Shown piece after piece: positions 59,957-64,000 of a DNA stretch of 64,000 bases (the first letter of the stretch is position 1; every line of letters begins with the position of its first letter). The translations under genes were made by a program, and so were the position numbers. This DNA comes from Ilumatobacteraceae bacterium (GTDB lineage Bacteria; Actinomycetota; Acidimicrobiia; Acidimicrobiales; Ilumatobacteraceae). The stretch lies in assembly GCA_963752085.1 (NCBI GenBank), contig CAVVWT010000010.1, forward strand, positions 5,831 through 69,830, in the 5' to 3' direction. A model generated the notes under the pieces. That model was not told the DNA's origin, did not search any database, and was given only the letters and a program-made list of their open reading frames with translations.

Positions 59957-62569
59957 TCACGCCGGGACGCCGACGCCGAAGAACCCGCGCAGCGCCTCGG
60001 CCATCTCACCACGCACGCCGGCGCCCGAGAGCAGCGCACCGACGGCCGGAATCGACGTGTGGATCTGACCCCGAGCCCGATGGTGCCGGACATCGACGCC
60101 GGCGTCGGCCAGCGCAAGTGCGTACGCATCACCCTCGTCGCGCAACGGGTCGAATTCGCACGTGACGATCATGGCCGGCGGCAATCCGGCGAGGCTCGCC
60201 GCACGCAGCGGAGATGCGTGCGGATCGCTGCGGTCGTCCGGGTCGGCGTAGTGATCCCAGAACCAGTTCATCAGCGCGGCGGTGAGGATGTACCCCTCCG
60301 CGTTCTCACGGTACGAGGGTCGCGTGAGGTCGCAGTCGGTGACGGGTGTCAGCAGCAGCTGGCCGCTGATCGTCGGGCCGTCTTCGTCGCGTGCCCGTTG
60401 CGCGACCACCGCTGCGATGTTGGCGCCCGCGCTCCACCCGGCGACGGCCAACTGACCAGGTACACCCCCGAGTTCTTCGGCGTGCTCGGCGATCCAGCAC
60501 GTCGCGGCGTAGCCGTCATCGGGCGCTGCAGGGAAACGGGCTTCGGGGGCATGCCGGTAGTCGACCGAGACGATCATCGACCCCGACCGGTCGCACAGAT
60601 CACGGCACAGCGCATCGTCGGACGTCGCATGGCCCATCACCCAGCCGCCACCGTGGAAGTAGACGACGACCGGATGAGGACCGGGTGTGGCCGGCCGATA
60701 CAGCCGATAGTCGAGGTCATTACCCGCCGCTCCCGGCAACGTGCCGTCGACGATCTCGCCCACCTCGGGGCCGGGTGGGCTGACCGCCGCCATCGCCTCG
60801 GAGAACGCGCGAGCCTCGTCCGGCGACATCGTGTCCATCGCCGGCAGCGCCATCTCCTCCATCAGCTCGAGCATGATCGTGACGTCGGGTTGCACCCGGC
60901 ACACGACACCGTCGTTCGCCTCGGTCCCGTCTGGTCCCGACAACTCGAAGCCCAGGTACCCGCGCTCGACGACCTCGTCGCAGATCCGTCGGTACCGATC
61001 GACGCCGCCGACGTACGGGAGGACCACCCGCGGCTTCCCCGGCACGTTGGCACCCATGTACCACGAGTTGGCCTGCGGGAACAGCGTGATGTCGGCGAAG
61101 TCGTTGGTGTGTTGCACCCAACCATCCTCCGCCGTCTGCGTCGGCTCGATGACCGTCGTACCCTCGTCACGCAGGCGCCCGATGGTGTCGCAGATCCAGT
61201 CGACGTGTTGCTCGATCGACACGGCCATGTTGGACAACACGGACGGACTCTGGGGGCCGGTGACCATGAAGAGGTTCGGGAACCCGTGCGACATCAGCCC
61301 GAGGTACGTGCGGGGGCCGTCGGCCCAGCGATCGCGCAGTTCCATTCCGTTGCGCCCGGCGATGTCGACGGCCACGATCGCACCCGTCATGGCGTCGAAT
61401 CCTGTGGCGTACACGATCGCATCGAACTCGTACGACGTCGCACCGTCGGCGGTGACGACGTCGATGCCCGTCTCGGTGATCGAGCTGATCGGGTTGGCGC
61501 GCAAGTCGACCAGCTTGACGTGCGGCTCGTTGAAGGTCGCGTAGTAGCCGGTGTCGAGGCAGAGCCGTTTCGTCCCCAGCGGATAGGTGCGCGGGCACAG
61601 GATCTCGGCGGTCTCCGGGTCGTCGACGACCGACCGGATCTTTTCGCGGACGAACTCGCACGCCGTCTCGTTCGCATCGGGGTCGATGATCAGGTCGTTG
61701 AACGCGCCGATCATCGAGAAGATCGTGCCCTCCTCCCACGCCTGCTCGTACCGTTCACGACGCTGCTCGTCCGACACCGCGAGGGCACTCTCGGCCGGGA
61801 TCTCGCGCGGTACCCCGCCCGACGACCACCGCGCCTCCTCCCGGTACGCGACACGATCGGCGTTGATCTTCGCCGCGTCGTCCGGGCGGACCGGCCCGTT
61901 GTGTGCCGGCAAGGAGAAGTTCGGTGTGCGCTGGAACACCGTGAGCTCGGACGCCTGCGCGGCGATGATCGGAATCGACTGGATGGCCGATGAGCCGGTG
62001 CCGATCACCCCGACCCGCTTGCCGGTGAAGTCGACCCCCTCGTGCGGCCAGCGCCCCGTGAAGTAGACATCGCCTCCGAAGTTGCCCGTTCCCTCGACGT
62101 CGGGATCCTTCATCACCGAGAGGCAGCCCGTCGCCATCACGTAATACCGACACGTCGTCGTCGCGTCGTCATCGGTACGGATCTCCCACAGCGATGTGTC
62201 GTCGTTCCACGCGGCACCGTCGACGCGCGTCGAGAACCGGACGTCGCGCCGCAGATCGTGCTTGTCGGCGACGAAACCGAGGTAACGGAGGATCTCGGGC
62301 TGTGTCGCGTACCGCTCCGACCATTCCCACTGCTCGTCGAGTTCGGGGTCCCAGCTGTAGGAGTAGTCGATGCTCTGCACATCGCATCGAGCACCCGGAT
62401 ACCGGTTCCAGTACCACGTGCCGCCCACGTCGTCGCCGGCCTCGACGGCGACTGCCGCCAGGCCCATGTCGCGGAACCGGCGCAACAGGTACAACCCGGC
62501 AAAACCTGCACCGACGACGACCACGTCGACATCGGGGGTGCGATTCACATCGTTCACGGCAACCTCCAA
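59957..62569 (-). CDS. natural fusion of a Baeyer-Villiger monooxygenase (N-terminal, about 545 aa) and an HSL-family alpha/beta-hydrolase esterase (C-terminal, about 310 aa)
   Basis: BVMO part: [24 protein letters not shown], fingerprint-like [24 protein letters not shown]. Esterase part: oxyanion HGGG ([12 protein letters not shown]), nucleophile GWSAGAN, and Asp (EFDPLRDEG) and His (GQIHT) regions. It is a single uninterrupted 870-codon ORF. Confidence 0.8.
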   Translation of the reverse strand: MEVAVNDVNRTPDVDVVVVGAGFAGLYLLRRFRDMGLAAVAVEAGDDVGGTWYWNRYPGARCDVQSIDYSYSWDPELDEQWEWSERYATQPEILRYLGFVADKHDLRRDVRFSTRVDGAAWNDDTSLWEIRTDDDATTTCRYYVMATGCLSVMKDPDVEGTGNFGGDVYFTGRWPHEGVDFTGKRVGVIGTGSSAIQSIPIIAAQASELTVFQRTPNFSLPAHNGPVRPDDAAKINADRVAYREEARWSSGGVPREIPAESALAVSDEQRRERYEQAWEEGTIFSMIGAFNDLIIDPDANETACEFVREKIRSVVDDPETAEILCPRTYPLGTKRLCLDTGYYATFNEPHVKLVDLRANPISSITETGIDVVTADGATSYEFDAIVYATGFDAMTGAIVAVDIAGRNGMELRDRWADGPRTYLGLMSHGFPNLFMVTGPQSPSVLSNMAVSIEQHVDWICDTIGRLRDEGTTVIEPTQTAEDGWVQHTNDFADITLFPQANSWYMGANVPGKPRVVLPYVGGVDRYRRICDEVVERGYLGFELSGPDGTEANDGVVCRVQPDVTIMLELMEEMALPAMDTMSPDEARAFSEAMAAVSPPGPEVGEIVDGTLPGAAGNDLDYRLYRPATPGPHPVVVYFHGGGWVMGHATSDDALCRDLCDRSGSMIVSVDYRHAPEARFPAAPDDGYAATCWIAEHAEELGGVPGQLAVAGWSAGANIAAVVAQRARDEDGPTISGQLLLTPVTDCDLTRPSYRENAEGYILTAALMNWFWDHYADPDDRSDPHASPLRAASLAGLPPAMIVTCEFDPLRDEGDAYALALADAGVDVRHHRARGQIHTSIPAVGALLSGAGVRGEMAEALRGFFGVGVPA

Positions 62570-62679
62570 CCACTCGGCACATCCCTTGCACCGACGACGT
62601 CATCTTCACACGCTGCGACGGCGTCCATCGACCCGGCCGATGGGCTGGGTGTCCGCACGTGGCAGACCTTCGGTGCGGG

Positions 62680-63633
62680 CTACCGGTAGCGGTCGGCGAG
62701 ATCCGCGAGCAGCTCGCGGCACTCGGTCGCACAGCGCGTGATGATGTCGGCCACCGGCTCGACCTCGTCGATGCGGCCGGCGACCTGCCCGGTCAGTGCC
62801 AGGCTGGCGTTCATGTCACCGCCGAAGTAGAGGTCCATCGTCGACCCGATCAGGGCGGTCATCGCATTGGTCTCGGTGTCGAGTTCGAGCGCCTCGCTGC
62901 GTTCGGTGCGAAGCGCACGCAGCGCCGGCGACGTGTGCCGATTGAGGAAGACCGTGTCGGTTTCGGCTGCATCGATGATCGCCTGCTTCCAGTTCTGGTG
63001 CACCGGAGACTCGGCCGCCGACACCATTCGCGTTCCCATCTGAATCCCCTCTGCACCGAGCGCGAGCGCGGCGGCCATCGACGCCCCGTCGACCATGCCG
63101 CCGGCCGCGATGATGGGGACGTCGACCTTCGAGGCGATCAACGGGAGCAGCACCATCAGCGCGACGTCGCGCGGGTTCTTGAATCCGCCTCCCTCTCCCC
63201 CTTCGACGACCAGGCCGTCGACGCCGGCCTCGACGGCCTTGAGCGCGCCGTACAGTGTGGGCACGACGTGGAACACGGTGAGGCCGGCCGCTTTGAGCTG
63301 GGCGGTGTACTTCGTCGGGTTGCCGGCCGAGGTGGTGACGAACTGGACGCCCTGGTCGACCACGAACTGGACGATGTCGGGGTCCCGCACGAATGCCTGG
63401 GCGATGTTCACGCCGAAGGGCTTGTCGGTGAGGTCGGCCATCTTCTCGATTTCGATCCGCACGGCATCGAGTTCACCCGAGGACGTCTCGATGATGCCCA
63501 TCCCGCCGGCGTTGGACACGGCCGATGCGAGCGGGGCTCGGGCGATCCAACCCATCGGTGCCTGGACGATCGGATACTCGACGCCAAGCATGTCGGTGAC
63601 GCGGTTCGGAAAGGTCGACGAAGCCATCTCCAT
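62680..63633 (-). CDS. NPD-type FMN oxidoreductase (nitronate monooxygenase / FabK-like enoyl reductase family)
   Basis: Shows LGVEYPIVQAPMGWIARAPLASAVSNAGGMGII and a later IIAAGGMVDG TIM-barrel FMN-binding block. The ORF is intact. Confidence 0.8.
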   Translation of the reverse strand: MEMASSTFPNRVTDMLGVEYPIVQAPMGWIARAPLASAVSNAGGMGIIETSSGELDAVRIEIEKMADLTDKPFGVNIAQAFVRDPDIVQFVVDQGVQFVTTSAGNPTKYTAQLKAAGLTVFHVVPTLYGALKAVEAGVDGLVVEGGEGGGFKNPRDVALMVLLPLIASKVDVPIIAAGGMVDGASMAAALALGAEGIQMGTRMVSAAESPVHQNWKQAIIDAAETDTVFLNRHTSPALRALRTERSEALELDTETNAMTALIGSTMDLYFGGDMNASLALTGQVAGRIDEVEPVADIITRCATECRELLADLADRYR

Positions 63634-64000
63634 TTCGTAGCGGGTGCGCGACGCCGCGCACGAACCCGCTCAGGAGGTGGTGATGCGAGTCGCGCTTCAC
63701 CCGGAGCATCGCTCGGTCGGCGACATCGAGCGGATTGTGGTCATCGAGCGATGACTGGCCCACACTGACCGACACCGAGAACGGCCCGCCAGGGATCCCG
63801 AGCGGCGCGCTGACGGCATCGAGCACACGCTCCGCGATGATGCCGGCGAGTTCGTCATCGGCCCCGTGGAGGAGGATGACGAACTCGTCGCCGCCGACGC
63901 GACCGACGGTGTCCTGCGATCGACAGGTCGCTGTGAGACGGTCGGCCACCGTCACGAGCACCCTGTCGCCGACGTCGTGGCCGTATCCGTCGTTGACGGC
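63473..64000 (-). CDS. GGDEF diguanylate cyclase domain protein, 5'-partial (runs off the window)
   Basis: Reverse translation from the window edge gives AVNDGYGHDVGDRVLVTVADRL...GRVGGDEFVILL...ADRAMLRVKR. The ORF's last 160 nt or so overlap the NPD gene start, so the real stop is probably upstream or the frame is disturbed. Confidence 0.7.
   Translation of the reverse strand, partial: AVNDGYGHDVGDRVLVTVADRLTATCRSQDTVGRVGGDEFVILLHGADDELAGIIAERVLDAVSAPLGIPGGPFSVSVSVGQSSLDDHNPLDVADRAMLRVKRDSHHHLLSGFVRGVAHPLRNGDGFVDLSEPRHRHAWRRVSDRPGTDGLDRPSPARIGRVQRRRDGHHRDVLG

Overview
Very GC-rich, gene-dense chromosomal segment with actinobacterial-type gene content; I cannot assign a genus from the sequence. 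Third codon positions are almost all G/C, so each real gene is shadowed by long Arg/Pro/Gly-rich antisense or out-of-frame ORFs, which I ignored. I recognise about 50 protein-coding genes and no rRNA, tRNA, CRISPR array, transposase or integrase.

Layout:
(1) 0-5.7 kb: LarA-like protein, PlsC-type acyltransferase, FG-GAP lipoprotein, BCCP-carboxyltransferase fusion.
(2) 5.8-24.2 kb: a ClC channel remnant, then a cell-surface polysaccharide locus. It holds an extended-SDR epimerase, a GT26, a priming sugar-phosphate transferase, a sulfotransferase, two paralogous GT4s flanking an APH-like kinase, a Wzz/BY-kinase-like protein, Wzx, Wzy, gpsA, UDP-glucuronate decarboxylase, UDP-glucose dehydrogenase and a secreted beta-helix protein. 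Most of these genes are split over 2-4 reading frames as assembled.
(3) 24.5-38.9 kb: MscS channel, membrane protein, hydrolase, an RlmI-like methyltransferase coupled to a DUF2855-like gene, SDR, phosphofructokinase, M32 carboxypeptidase. There is also a LysR-flanked, translationally coupled four-gene operon headed by a TauD/BBOX-like dioxygenase and an HD-domain protein, which resembles the PhnY/PhnZ or TmpA/TmpB phosphonate C-P cleavage pairs.
(4) 38.9-43.5 kb: cysD-cysNC-cysC (PAPS synthesis) with a duplicated cysD/cysN junction, divergent from selD, which carries an in-frame UGA (selenocysteine) and a SECIS-like hairpin.
(5) 43.5-58.5 kb: thioesterase, S9 peptidase, Baeyer-Villiger monooxygenase (BVMO), a secreted Calx-beta protein with a perfect 3 x 384-bp in-frame tandem repeat, a cyclase-STAND protein, a sulfotransferase stub, LysM lipoprotein, MFS transporter, haloalkane dehalogenase.
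(6) 58.7-64 kb: CoA-transferase, a natural BVMO-esterase fusion, an NPD-type flavoprotein, a partial GGDEF gene.

Best candidates for something new: a probably sulfated and/or phosphorylated polysaccharide locus, the extended phosphonate-oxygenase operon, the BVMO-esterase fusion operon, and the uncharacterised triplicated module. A strong caveat is the clustered frame disruptions, some sitting in G runs. They may be assembly indels rather than biology.
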